Shown here in pieces: positions 30,905 to 40,240 of a stretch of DNA of 64,000 bases; position 1 is the first letter of the stretch, and every line of letters begins with the position of its first letter. The position numbers and the translations under genes are program-made. The notes under the pieces are model-generated. The model was given only the letters and a program-made list of their open reading frames with translations. It was not told the DNA's origin and did no database searches. Source of the DNA: Nibricoccus sp. (GTDB taxonomy: Bacteria; Verrucomicrobiota; Verrucomicrobiia; Opitutales; Opitutaceae); contig JASGHG010000001.1 of assembly GCA_047602425.1 (NCBI GenBank), positions 2,208,001 to 2,272,000 of the forward strand. The letters run 5' to 3'.

Positions 30905-32923
30905 ATGAAAATCAAATCCAAACACCTCCTCGCGGGGCTCGCATTGGCCTTTAGCGCCACCGCCAGTGCCCTCGCTGCTCCCTCCGTCTCGCGTCTCACG
31001 CCGCCCAGTCTTTTGTTTTCCACGGGCGAAGCCGGCGCGCCTTACATTGCACGTTTCCTGCCCGGACAGCGTTTCGATTTGCAGGCCACGGTTCGTCCCG
31101 ATCCCAGCCAAACCATCGTCAGCGCCTCCTTCTTCATCGACGACAGGCCCGTCGCTGGTGCGGTCACTCTGATTCCCTGCAACGTCAATGTCCCAGCCAA
31201 CACCGTCGCTCCAACTTTGCGCGCGATCAGCCTCCAGCGTCCGGGCGTGCATACGCTAACCATCAAAGTTAGGCAAAGCGATGGCTTAGTCGCGACCGCG
31301 AAAGGCGAATTCGAAATCGTCGGCATCGAGCACAACGGACGCCGTGCAAAGAACATCATCGTCATGATCGGCGATGGCATGGGCATCGCCCATCGCTCGG
31401 CTGCACGGATTATGTACAAGGGCATTTTTCAGGGCAAAGCCCTCGAGCCGCTCGAAATGGACGCGATGGACTCCACTGCCCTCGTGAAAACCGCCTCGCT
31501 CAACTCGATCATCACCGATTCTGCACCCGGCGCCTTTTGTTATTCCGGCGGCAACAAAGCCTACAACAATCAGGAAGGCGTTTTCCCCGACGACACCACG
31601 GACAAGTTCGACAATCCCCGCGTCGAACTGATTGGTGAATACTTCGCTCGCACCGCCGGCAAAGCGCTCGGCATCGTGACCACGGCCGACGTCTTTGACG
31701 CCACGCCCGCAGCCTTCGGCGCGCACACGCAGGATCGCGGTGCGGGCACGGGCATTTGCGACGGTTACCTTGACGAACAAGTCGCCAAAGCCAATCTTCG
31801 CGTTCTCCTGGGTGGCGGTCGTAAATGGTTCCTCCCCAATACCACGCCCGGCAGCGCCCGCAGTGCGTCCAACGACGCGGTCCTCTCCGCCGAACTCGCC
31901 AATGCCTGGGGCATTCCCACTGGTGCCACCGATCCTAGTCGCAACTTGCTCGCCGATTTTCAAGCCGCCGGTTTCGCCTACGCGCCTGACAAGACCGGTC
32001 TCGATGCCATCGCCGAAAACACCACGAAACTCATCGGCCTTTTCGCGCTCTCCAACATGAATGTTGCGAAAGACAAACTCGATGGCCGCCGCGGCGTTAT
32101 TCCGCTGGGCGCCTCGCAATCTGTCGTCGCAGACTATGGTTTCCCGAACCAACCGCTGCTCGACGAAATGACCACCGCTGCGCTGAAGGTCCTCTCTAAA
32201 AATCGCCAGGGCTTCGTACTCATGGTTGAAGGCGCTTCCATCGACAAGCAGGCGCACAATATGGACAGCGATCGCTGGCTCATCGAAACCATCGAATTCG
32301 ACAAGGCGATCGGCGTCGCGAAGGCCTACGCGGAAAAAAATCCCGACACGTTGGTGATCGTGACCGCCGACCACGAATGCGCGGGCGTCAACATCATCGG
32401 CTCCTCCGTCGTCACCAACCAAAACCTGATCTCACGCTCAACCAATCCCGACGCGACCACGGGCACCACCCGTCTTCGCGATCAAGTCGTTGGCACCTAC
32501 GAAGCGGCGGGCTTTCCCATGTATTCGCTCGCAGCCGATGGTTATCCGGTTTCAACCGATGTCGATTATAAGATGCTCATTGGTTATGCCGCCAACTCGG
32601 ACCGTTATGAAGATTGGCTGACCAATCCCCGTCCGCTGCGCGACAGTCAGCAACCTTTCAACGGTATTGCTCCGCTGAATACATACCCAAATGGTCCGCT
32701 CAATCGCGACAACGCGGGCAACTTCCTTGTTACCGGGCAGGTTCCCGGATCTTCCGCCGTTCACACTGGCTCCGATATTCCGCTCACCGCGACCGGCCGC
32801 GGCGCCAGCCTTTTCCGGGGCGTGATCGACAATACCGACGTCTTCTTCCTCGCCGCTCAGGCCGCGATTGGCGGTGTCGACGAAAGCGACGACCGCCGGC
32901 CACACCACGGCTGGCATCGATGA
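30905..32923 (+). CDS. PhoA-type alkaline phosphatase with N-terminal extra domain
   Basis: IGDGMG, TDSA (catalytic Ser), DATPAA, VEGASIDKQAH, TADHE, HTG metal-ligand motifs; signal peptide. Confidence 0.93.
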   Translation: MKIKSKHLLAGLALAFSATASALAAPSVSRLTPPSLLFSTGEAGAPYIARFLPGQRFDLQATVRPDPSQTIVSASFFIDDRPVAGAVTLIPCNVNVPANTVAPTLRAISLQRPGVHTLTIKVRQSDGLVATAKGEFEIVGIEHNGRRAKNIIVMIGDGMGIAHRSAARIMYKGIFQGKALEPLEMDAMDSTALVKTASLNSIITDSAPGAFCYSGGNKAYNNQEGVFPDDTTDKFDNPRVELIGEYFARTAGKALGIVTTADVFDATPAAFGAHTQDRGAGTGICDGYLDEQVAKANLRVLLGGGRKWFLPNTTPGSARSASNDAVLSAELANAWGIPTGATDPSRNLLADFQAAGFAYAPDKTGLDAIAENTTKLIGLFALSNMNVAKDKLDGRRGVIPLGASQSVVADYGFPNQPLLDEMTTAALKVLSKNRQGFVLMVEGASIDKQAHNMDSDRWLIETIEFDKAIGVAKAYAEKNPDTLVIVTADHECAGVNIIGSSVVTNQNLISRSTNPDATTGTTRLRDQVVGTYEAAGFPMYSLAADGYPVSTDVDYKMLIGYAANSDRYEDWLTNPRPLRDSQQPFNGIAPLNTYPNGPLNRDNAGNFLVTGQVPGSSAVHTGSDIPLTATGRGASLFRGVIDNTDVFFLAAQAAIGGVDESDDRRPHHGWHR

Positions 32924-32960
32924 TTTTTGCGGTAAACCGAGGTTAGGTCAGGTTATGGGG

Positions 32961-32992
32961 AAGGCCGGCATCTTGCGATGCCGGCCTTTTTT
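32961..32992 (+). terminator. Intrinsic terminator
   Basis: AAGGCCGGCATC-ttgc-GATGCCGGCCTTTTTT. Confidence 0.9.
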
Positions 32993-33069
32993 GTGCCGAA
33001 AAACGTCGCGTGCCCGCCCACTTCCGGTTTTGCATCGTGGGTAAAGCGGTCAAAACCGCACCCACGGCC

Positions 33070-33420
33070 ATGTATCAAGTCACCTTTTCCGAACAAAGCA
33101 TGCGCGAGCTCAACAAGCTCGACAAGCTGGCCCAACTGGAGGTTGTCGAGCCCATCAGCAGCCTGAAGCCGGCCGATCTCGCGAATCCGCGGGAACCGCT
33201 TGGCCGGTTCAGCCGCGCGGGACACACACTCTACCGGTTGCGCGCGGGCGAATTCCGCTTCTATTTTGAGGTCAATGGCGAGACGTTGCACACGGTGTAC
33301 ATTCTCCACAAAAATTCGCTGGAGGATTTTCTCCTGCGCAACAAACTGCCCGTTTCGGAAGCGCAGCTCGTCGAACAACATTCCAAATTCTGGAAATACC
33401 TCGAAACTTTGACCAAGTGA
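33070..33420 (+). CDS. RelE/ParE-fold protein without adjacent antitoxin
   Basis: MYQVTFSEQSMRELNKL...LYRLRAGEFRFYFEV; stop overlaps the next start (GTGA). Confidence 0.7.
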   Translation: MYQVTFSEQSMRELNKLDKLAQLEVVEPISSLKPADLANPREPLGRFSRAGHTLYRLRAGEFRFYFEVNGETLHTVYILHKNSLEDFLLRNKLPVSEAQLVEQHSKFWKYLETLTK

Positions 33421-34325
33421 GCGATCCCATGACGCCGGACGATGTTTCCTCGCAGCCAGAAAAGGAGCGCGAGGATCCTTACACAGTCGCCAACGCCTCG
33501 CGCATTTATTTTCTGCCGAATCTCATGACGGCGGGAAATCTCTTCTGTGGGTTTTCCGCGTGCCTCAAATGCATCGAAGCCGCGTTCACTGTGCGCAGCG
33601 TCGAAGCCGTTACGCTGCCGCTTGGTGCCATCGCACTTTATAAAGGCGCCGTGTGGTATATTTTCGGCGCGATGGCATTTGATGCGTTGGATGGACGTCT
33701 TGCGCGCATGGGCGGCCGGGAATCGCTTTTCGGCGCGGAATTCGACTCGCTGGCGGATGTCGTCTCATTCGGTTTGGCGCCGGCGTTGATGGTTTACTTT
33801 TTGATTTTGCCGCCAGCCGAGGGAAACCAAAATTTTCTGACGCTGGGTGGCCTTCTAGGCTTCGTCTATTTGCTCTGCGCAGCCGTTCGCCTTGCCCGCT
33901 TCAATGTCATAACTCATCCCCTGCTCCACCGGCCCGATTCCTGTGGCAAACCACCGAACAAGGATTTCGTCGGGCTTCCCGTGCCCGCAGCCGCCGGCAC
34001 CGTCGCGGCACTGGTGCTCTTTTTGCTCAACCTCGCCGAACACGACAAATCACTGCAACGTTGGACCCTCGCGCTTCCACCACTCTTGGTTTTGATCGCC
34101 GTCCTGATGGTCAGCACGGTCCTTTATCCCAGCGGCAAACAAGTCGATCTGCGCACCAAAACCCGCCTCACCAGCCTCATTATTTTCATCGTCGTCGCCG
34201 CGGCTGTCGTTGCCTTCAAGGAATATGGCATGCTCACCGCCTGCCTCGGTTATGTCTTCTATGGGTTGGTTCGGCACCTGCGCCGTCAGCAAACCTCAAA
34301 AGCCGTGCCGCCGTCCCTTTCTTGA
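33417..34325 (+). CDS. pssA: CDP-alcohol phosphatidyltransferase (phosphatidylserine synthase type)
   Basis: LPNLMTAGN, DALDGRLAR..G...FGAEFDSLADVVSFG, RLARFN, FVGLPVP. Confidence 0.85.
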   Translation: MSDPMTPDDVSSQPEKEREDPYTVANASRIYFLPNLMTAGNLFCGFSACLKCIEAAFTVRSVEAVTLPLGAIALYKGAVWYIFGAMAFDALDGRLARMGGRESLFGAEFDSLADVVSFGLAPALMVYFLILPPAEGNQNFLTLGGLLGFVYLLCAAVRLARFNVITHPLLHRPDSCGKPPNKDFVGLPVPAAAGTVAALVLFLLNLAEHDKSLQRWTLALPPLLVLIAVLMVSTVLYPSGKQVDLRTKTRLTSLIIFIVVAAAVVAFKEYGMLTACLGYVFYGLVRHLRRQQTSKAVPPSLS

Positions 34326-34567
34326 ATTCTTTGTGAGCAACCCCCCGGCAACCCACCAACAACTTCACCCTTGCGCATAACCCGTCGGTTATTGGTCCCA
34401 CACTTTTGATTTACTCACACGCCATTTCGTCCATTTTTCTTAGGAGAAACCCCCGGTTATCCCAGTTTTTCGCAGCCTATAAGAATACGGATAACATTCA
34501 TTATTGAATTAGGTTCTATTTAGACTTTGTTAATTGCTCAGCATCACCGCGTGTTCCCCAGCATTCC
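34326..34567. other. Candidate replication origin (oriC)
   Basis: Degenerate DnaA boxes at 34332, 34372, 34411, 34457 and 34466, then GCC, an NAN-trio run and an AT-rich stretch, directly upstream of dnaN. Confidence 0.55.
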
Positions 34568-35692
34568 ATGAAATTCAAAATTAATCGCGATCACTTCAGC
34601 AACGGACTCGCCCAAGTCCTCAATGTCGTTGGCTCCAAGGCCACCATGCCGATCTTGAGCAACGTGCTGATCGAGGCTGACAAAGATTTCATCCTGCTCA
34701 CCACGACAAATCTCGACCTCGGCATCCGCTGCAAAATCAAAGCCGAGGTCAAAGAAAGCGGCGCCGTCACGCTGCCCGTCAAACGTCTGGCCAGCATCGT
34801 GCGCGAAATGCCCAACGTCGATGTCTCTGTCGACGCCTCGCCCAGCCACCAGGTGAAACTCACCTCGGGCGGTTCGAATTTCCGCATCATGGGCATCGGC
34901 AAGGAAGAATTTCCTCCCCTCCCCGAGTTCGGCGACGAGAAATCCTTCACCCTCGAACAAGCTGAACTCACTTCAATGCTCAAGAGCGTGTCGTACGGTC
35001 AATCCACCGATGAAACGCGTTACATTCTCAACGGCGTCTACTTTAGTTTCAAAGACGGCAAGCTCTCGCTGGTGGCCACCGATGGCCGTCGTCTCGCGCT
35101 TATCAGCAAGGACATCGAAGTGCCCGCCGCCAGCGCCGGCAGCATCATTTTGCCCGCCAAGACGGTCAGCGAACTCGTTCGAATGCTCGACAAGGGCGAG
35201 AAACTGAAAATCTCGTTCAACGAGCGCCGCGCCGCGTTCCAAATCAATACTGACAAAGATAGCAGCGGCCTCGTCGATAGTATCTACCTCTACTCCAAGG
35301 TCGTAGAAGGCAACTATCCGAATTATAACCAAGTTATTCCCAAAGAGACGCACCAGCGCATCAAGCTGGAGCGCGAACTTTTCCTTCAGTGCGTGCATCG
35401 CGCAGCGCTGGTTTGCAGCGAAAAATCCAACTCCGTGAAGGTGAAGCTCAGCAGCAATCTGCTCGAGATCACCGCGCAAAGTCCCGATTTCGGCGAAGCC
35501 CACGAATCCATGGCCATCGCCTACAGCGGCCCGGAACTTCAGGTCGCTTTCAACCCGCAGTTCATCATGGACCCACTTCGTTCGCTTACGAAGGACGAGG
35601 TCTTCTTCGAAGTGAAAGACGAGGTAAGCCCCGGCGTGTTCAAGACGTTGGAAAGCTTCATCTGCGTCATCATGCCGGTTCGTCTCAGTTAA
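34568..35692 (+). CDS. dnaN: DNA polymerase III beta sliding clamp
   Basis: [44 protein letters not shown]. Confidence 0.98.
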   Translation: MKFKINRDHFSNGLAQVLNVVGSKATMPILSNVLIEADKDFILLTTTNLDLGIRCKIKAEVKESGAVTLPVKRLASIVREMPNVDVSVDASPSHQVKLTSGGSNFRIMGIGKEEFPPLPEFGDEKSFTLEQAELTSMLKSVSYGQSTDETRYILNGVYFSFKDGKLSLVATDGRRLALISKDIEVPAASAGSIILPAKTVSELVRMLDKGEKLKISFNERRAAFQINTDKDSSGLVDSIYLYSKVVEGNYPNYNQVIPKETHQRIKLERELFLQCVHRAALVCSEKSNSVKVKLSSNLLEITAQSPDFGEAHESMAIAYSGPELQVAFNPQFIMDPLRSLTKDEVFFEVKDEVSPGVFKTLESFICVIMPVRLS

Positions 35693-35714
35693 AAACCAAA
35701 TACGGAAGAAAGTC

Positions 35715-35771
35715 AGGACGCCTGGGCGCCGGACACGCCGTTGCAACGGATGACCGGCGCCCAGGCGTCCT
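35715..35771. repeat. Long GC-rich hairpin downstream of dnaN
   Basis: 18-bp perfect arms AGGACGCCTGGGCGCCGG / CCGGCGCCCAGGCGTCCT with inner palindrome CCGTTGCAACGG; no T tract. Confidence 0.8.
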
Positions 35772-35823
35772 TGCCTTGAAAGACAGCCATTCTGGGCACA
35801 TCCTTCCGTTGCTTCCATAGCCG

Positions 35824-36702
35824 ATGTCTCCGACCTATCTTCTTTTTGGCGCAATGATTCTCTCGTTGATGCTGATGCAGCTCAACCAGCGCTACGCCTC
35901 ACCCGTCATCGCGATCGTGAATCGCTGGCTGCGTTGGATTATTTTCGTCCTGCTCTTCACGAAAGTGACTTTGGACTTGGGTTGGCTCGACCGTCCCTTC
36001 TGGGTTTTGGCCACCGGCTACTTTCTCCTCTGGTTTCTCGGCGAAACGATTTATATGTGGCTGGCCATTCACGCGCTGAGTGTCAGTCCCTTGCCGCTGT
36101 TCCCGCGCTTCACCATCAACAGCTCGGGCGAAGAATGGCCGACCAACCCGCGCTTCCTCACGATCCGTGATTGGCTGCGCAGCCACGGCTTCAAACATGT
36201 GCAGGCGTTGCGCGCCGAAGTCGCGTCCGGAGTTTATCTGCGCGTGTCAATTTACCAGGACACCAACGCTCAAACGCGCCTGCAAATCACCTTTCTGCCC
36301 CACCCCAACGGCGCGATTTCTGTTTGCTACAGTCTCTCGACTCAGACCGACGGCGGCTATCGCTACGTCACCGATAATCTTTACCTGCCTTTCGGCGGAT
36401 TTTACCCCGAAAACTGGCTCGTTTCCCGCCATCCCTGGCGGCGTTCACTCTCGGCGTTAATTGCGAGTCATCGCAACCGCCTTAGCACCGCCAATGTGAT
36501 CGCGCTACCTTGGACGACCGAGCCCCTCAACGATCTCAATGCCCAGCAAGTCGAACTCGAACAGATCAACACCGAGCTCGGCTTCCTCCATCCGCATCAC
36601 GACCGCGAAGAACAAGGCAAGATGACCTACGAGGGCCGTTACCGCGTGTGGAAGGAAATCTGGCTCCTCAACTACCTCGGCCGCAGCGCCCGGTACGAAT
36701 AA
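35824..36702 (+). CDS. Hypothetical membrane protein
   Basis: Three N-terminal TM segments plus soluble domain; fills the gap after dnaN. Confidence 0.8.
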   Translation: MSPTYLLFGAMILSLMLMQLNQRYASPVIAIVNRWLRWIIFVLLFTKVTLDLGWLDRPFWVLATGYFLLWFLGETIYMWLAIHALSVSPLPLFPRFTINSSGEEWPTNPRFLTIRDWLRSHGFKHVQALRAEVASGVYLRVSIYQDTNAQTRLQITFLPHPNGAISVCYSLSTQTDGGYRYVTDNLYLPFGGFYPENWLVSRHPWRRSLSALIASHRNRLSTANVIALPWTTEPLNDLNAQQVELEQINTELGFLHPHHDREEQGKMTYEGRYRVWKEIWLLNYLGRSARYE

Positions 36703-36772
36703 AAATTAGCCGACATTCGGCAACTCTTGGCAACTTTCCTAACCGCGTCTCAGACCCAACTAAGTCAGACCA

Positions 36773-36797
36773 GTTTGTCATTTAATAGATGACAAAC
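36773..36797. repeat. TA-W-TA palindrome family copy
   Basis: GTTTGTCATTTA-A-TAGATGACAAAC between convergent genes. Confidence 0.8.
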
Positions 36798-36831
36798 CGG
36801 TTTAAGTCCGAGTCTTGAAATGCCCGGGCGC

Positions 36832-38118
36832 TTATGTCTTTTTCCGCAATGTCGCCACGCACTCCAAGTGTCGTGTCTGCGGGAAAAGATCGAAGGGTTG
36901 CACGGCCGTCAGTTCATAACCAGCCGCCGTAAATAATTTCAAATCGCGCATCTGCGTCGCCGGATCACAACTCACATAGACCACAGCTCGAGGGCCAAAG
37001 GCGAAAAGCTGATTCAAAAACGATTCGTCACAGCCCTTGCGCGGTGGATCGATGATCACAACCGTTTCGGTCGCGGGAAATGTCAGCCCAGCAAAAATCG
37101 CCGAAGCATCGCCGGCCTGAAACGTTGCGTTCAATATTCCATTGGCCACCGCATTTTCCCGCGCGAATGCCACTGACGATTCGCTGATCTCGATGCCGGC
37201 CACACGTTCGAAAGATTTTGCCGCGGTCAACGCGAACAGCCCGCTGCCACAATAGGCGTCTACAAGGAACCGCGCGCCCGAAGCCGCTGCCTGTTCCCGC
37301 ACATAACCAGTAAATGCCGGTAAAATGAATGGGTTGTTCTGGAAAAAATCCCGCGCCAAAAAATGCAATTTCACCTCGGCAACGTTTTCCGTGATCACCT
37401 CGTCGTAATCCGTCGTTACCTTCCCCCCCGCGTCGCGTAGTAGAATGGTTGCGCCGCGCGTGTATTCGCCGGCCGCAGCTTTCGCCTGAATTTCCGCGCG
37501 CACTGTCGTCAGGCGTTGATTGATTGGTTCGGTCGCAATTTCGCAACGCGGCACATCAAGTAGATCGAATCGTGTGCCCTGCCGGAGAAATCCGATGGGA
37601 AAACATGTGCGCACGCCCTGGGTACTTGTCCCTTGAGATATGTTCCCTTCGCCGCTTCTCGGTGCGGCGAAATGCGGCGTGATCTTCGATCGATAACCAT
37701 ATTGTGCCGGCGAACCGATTGTCGGCGAAACGGGAAATTCGATTTCCGCCATGTGTTTTAGAAGCTCGCTCACTTGACGCTGTTTCCACGTGAGCTGCTC
37801 CGCATAGTCGAAATTCTGGTACTGGCATCCGCCGCAGCGCGCAAAAAGCGGACACTTTGGCTGAACGCGATACGGCGACGGAACGACCACGGCGAGCAGA
37901 TCGGCCTCGGAAAAATTCTTGTGATTGCGAAACACCCGCGCTTTCACGCGTTCGCCAGGCAAGGCGAAAGGCACCATGACCACCCACCGAGAATCCGGCG
38001 CATCCGGCAACGGCACACGACCGAGCCCCACGCCGAGGTTGGTCAACGTGACGATGTCCAGTTCGAGTTCCTGATGATACGCGAATGGGCGGTCGTTGAA
38101 CTTTTTCTTTTTAGCCAC
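36832..38118 (-). CDS. RNA (uracil-C5)-methyltransferase, RlmD/TrmA family
   Basis: TRAM domain, CPLFARCGGCQYQ, FFQNN, DAYCGSG, DPPRKG, YVSCDP, DLFPQTRHLE; GTG start inferred. Confidence 0.93.
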   Translation of the reverse strand: MAKKKKFNDRPFAYHQELELDIVTLTNLGVGLGRVPLPDAPDSRWVVMVPFALPGERVKARVFRNHKNFSEADLLAVVVPSPYRVQPKCPLFARCGGCQYQNFDYAEQLTWKQRQVSELLKHMAEIEFPVSPTIGSPAQYGYRSKITPHFAAPRSGEGNISQGTSTQGVRTCFPIGFLRQGTRFDLLDVPRCEIATEPINQRLTTVRAEIQAKAAAGEYTRGATILLRDAGGKVTTDYDEVITENVAEVKLHFLARDFFQNNPFILPAFTGYVREQAAASGARFLVDAYCGSGLFALTAAKSFERVAGIEISESSVAFARENAVANGILNATFQAGDASAIFAGLTFPATETVVIIDPPRKGCDESFLNQLFAFGPRAVVYVSCDPATQMRDLKLFTAAGYELTAVQPFDLFPQTRHLECVATLRKKT

Positions 38119-38252
38119 GTCCTGACAACGCACACCCCGCCGCCCGAATCAAAAAAAAACCGTCCTCGCGCGCCCCGTCATGCCCAGCCCCCTTTCAAAA
38201 TTCTCTTCCGGATTCCTCCAACTCCTCAAAAAAATTTAACGGTCCCCACCCA

Positions 38253-38360
38253 AGTCAGAGTAACCTATTAGGTTACTCTTACTACCGGTCAGCTGCTTAA
38301 AGCTAACGCAAAATGGATGGTAGTAGCCGATCATAAGTAACCTAATAGGTTACTTTGACT
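38253..38360. repeat. Inverted doublet of TA-W-TA palindromes (REPIN-like)
   Basis: AGTCAGAGTAACCTATTAGGTTACT ... AGTAACCTAATAGGTTACTTTGACT, with inner ACTACC/GGTAGT complementarity. Confidence 0.85.
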
Positions 38361-38439
38361 TTCTGGCGTGGCTGTTGGGGTTTCGAAAAATATGAGCTTT
38401 TTGTGGCCAACTTGCTGCGGATTTACGAAAGATGTTTCT

Positions 38440-39240
38440 GTGCCCATCGAAAAAATCACCAGCCTCCAAAACCCGCGCGTCAAACAACTCGTGAAATTGC
38501 GCGATCGGCGTCCGCGTGACGAAGCAGGCGTTTTTCTCGTCGAGGGCTACCGCCAGATCCGCCGCGCGTTGGAAAAAAACATCACCCTCGCCGAACTCTA
38601 TTACTCTCCCGATTGGTACCTCGGCGAAAACGAACCCGCGCTGATCGAAAAAGCCTCGGCTGCCGGGGCCCAACTTTTCGAACTTTCCAAAGACGCTTTC
38701 GCGAAGGTCGCCTACCGCGAACGGCCCGACGGTTTGCTTGCCATTGCGCCGCAGTGGAAACGCACGCTGGCCGACATTACGCTGAAGCCGCTACCCTTCC
38801 TGCTAGTCGTCGAAGCGATCGAAAAACCCGGCAACCTCGGCACGATCCTCCGCAGCGCCGACGCCGCCGGCGTCGACGCGGTGATTGTCTGCGATCCGGT
38901 CACGGATGTTTTCAATCCCAACGTCGTGCGTTCATCGACCGGCGTGCTTTTTTCCGTGCCGGTGGTGATCGCCGAAAGCGGTCCGGTGCGTGAATGGCTG
39001 CGCGCGAAAAACATTCGTGCCGTCGCCACGACCCCTTCCGCAACCAAACTCTACACGGAAACCGACCTGCGCGGGCCGCTTGCGATTGTGATGGGCAGCG
39101 AACAGTACGGCCTGAGCGATTTCTGGCTGAAGGAAAGCGACGCCCAAGTTCGCATCCCCATGGCCGGCCAGGCTGACTCACTGAACGTCGCTATGGCCAC
39201 AATCATTACCCTCTTTGAAGCAGTTCGGCAAAGAGGGTAA
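38440..39240 (+). CDS. TrmH/SpoU-family RNA methyltransferase
   Basis: ITSLQNPRVK, IEKPGNLGTILRSADAAG, GSEQYGL, IPMAGQADSLNVA. Confidence 0.95.
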   Translation: MPIEKITSLQNPRVKQLVKLRDRRPRDEAGVFLVEGYRQIRRALEKNITLAELYYSPDWYLGENEPALIEKASAAGAQLFELSKDAFAKVAYRERPDGLLAIAPQWKRTLADITLKPLPFLLVVEAIEKPGNLGTILRSADAAGVDAVIVCDPVTDVFNPNVVRSSTGVLFSVPVVIAESGPVREWLRAKNIRAVATTPSATKLYTETDLRGPLAIVMGSEQYGLSDFWLKESDAQVRIPMAGQADSLNVAMATIITLFEAVRQRG

Positions 39241-39266
39241 ATATCTCGTCAGACGATACGAAAAGG

Positions 39267-39932
39267 TTAGAACCTAAATTTATAACCAAGATTTATGGCC
39301 TTAATCGTGCCTTGGGTAGTATCTTTGCCGCTGCTCATCCCCATAAGCTTGGCACCTGCCGTGATTGCAGAGCGGTCGTTTAACTTATATTCCGTTCCGA
39401 TTTCCGTCGCATAGGTAAACACATTCGAGTTGTTTGTCTGGGTCCACGAACGGGGGAACGTCTCGTAACCCGGAACGCTTTGGCCTATGTATGTGTTTGT
39501 CGTTTTAGTCCTTTGCCAAGTGACACCTGCTGATACGCCGAAATATAGTGACCAGTTTTCACTGAGTTTGCTTCTATTTTTATAACCAATTAATAGAGGT
39601 ACAGCTTCAAGCTTTGTTTTTGGATCCGCATAAAGATAAGAAGGTATAGTATAAGGCGACGATTTTGTCTCCGTGTCGAAATACATCACCTGCAATTCGA
39701 GCGCGTGTGTATTATTGAGATTAATGCCGGAGGAAAGGCTGATCGCTGGTGCATTTTTAAATGTATGTTCGCCATATGGATATCCGACACCTGCCTTGAG
39801 TTTAGGACCGGTGTCAAAGAAAAGATATTCGATTTTTGAATCTAGATAAAAGCGCGAGTTTTCAGACCCGGCGGCATGGAGAAACGGAGCGGCGATGAGC
39901 AGCCCGCAAAGGACGGCGATTTTTGTACGCAT
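39267..39932 (-). CDS. Outer-membrane beta-barrel protein, AT-rich gene
   Basis: Signal peptide MRTKIAV...LHA, alternating beta strands, C-terminal LGYKFRF. Confidence 0.8.
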   Translation of the reverse strand: MRTKIAVLCGLLIAAPFLHAAGSENSRFYLDSKIEYLFFDTGPKLKAGVGYPYGEHTFKNAPAISLSSGINLNNTHALELQVMYFDTETKSSPYTIPSYLYADPKTKLEAVPLLIGYKNRSKLSENWSLYFGVSAGVTWQRTKTTNTYIGQSVPGYETFPRSWTQTNNSNVFTYATEIGTEYKLNDRSAITAGAKLMGMSSGKDTTQGTIKAINLGYKFRF

Positions 39933-40183
39933 AGTGGATTTTGGTGGTGAACGATTTCCTAAACCGGCCAAAACCCCGGGAAATTTTGGCGATAGCTCCA
40001 TGACAAAGTACGGTTTCTTTTTGTTCCACCGATTTGTTTCCACCAATAAAAATGGTTGGAACTTTTTGCGCACGCCACGGTTGTTTGCGAAACAGAATCC
40101 AACAAGCCCGCGCTATTTATAACCTGCAAAATGCTGCCAGATAATTTCTGAGGACAAGTTGCTTTCGTCATCTGCAGCGTCCG

Positions 40184-40211
40184 AAAAAAACGCCCGGGGT
40201 GACCCCGGGCG
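40184..40211 (-). terminator. Intrinsic terminator of the VPDSG-CTERM gene
   Basis: A7-CGCCCGGGG-tga-CCCCGGGCG. Confidence 0.8.
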
Positions 40212-40240
40212 CGGATCCAACGAAAATATTTTGGAGTGTC

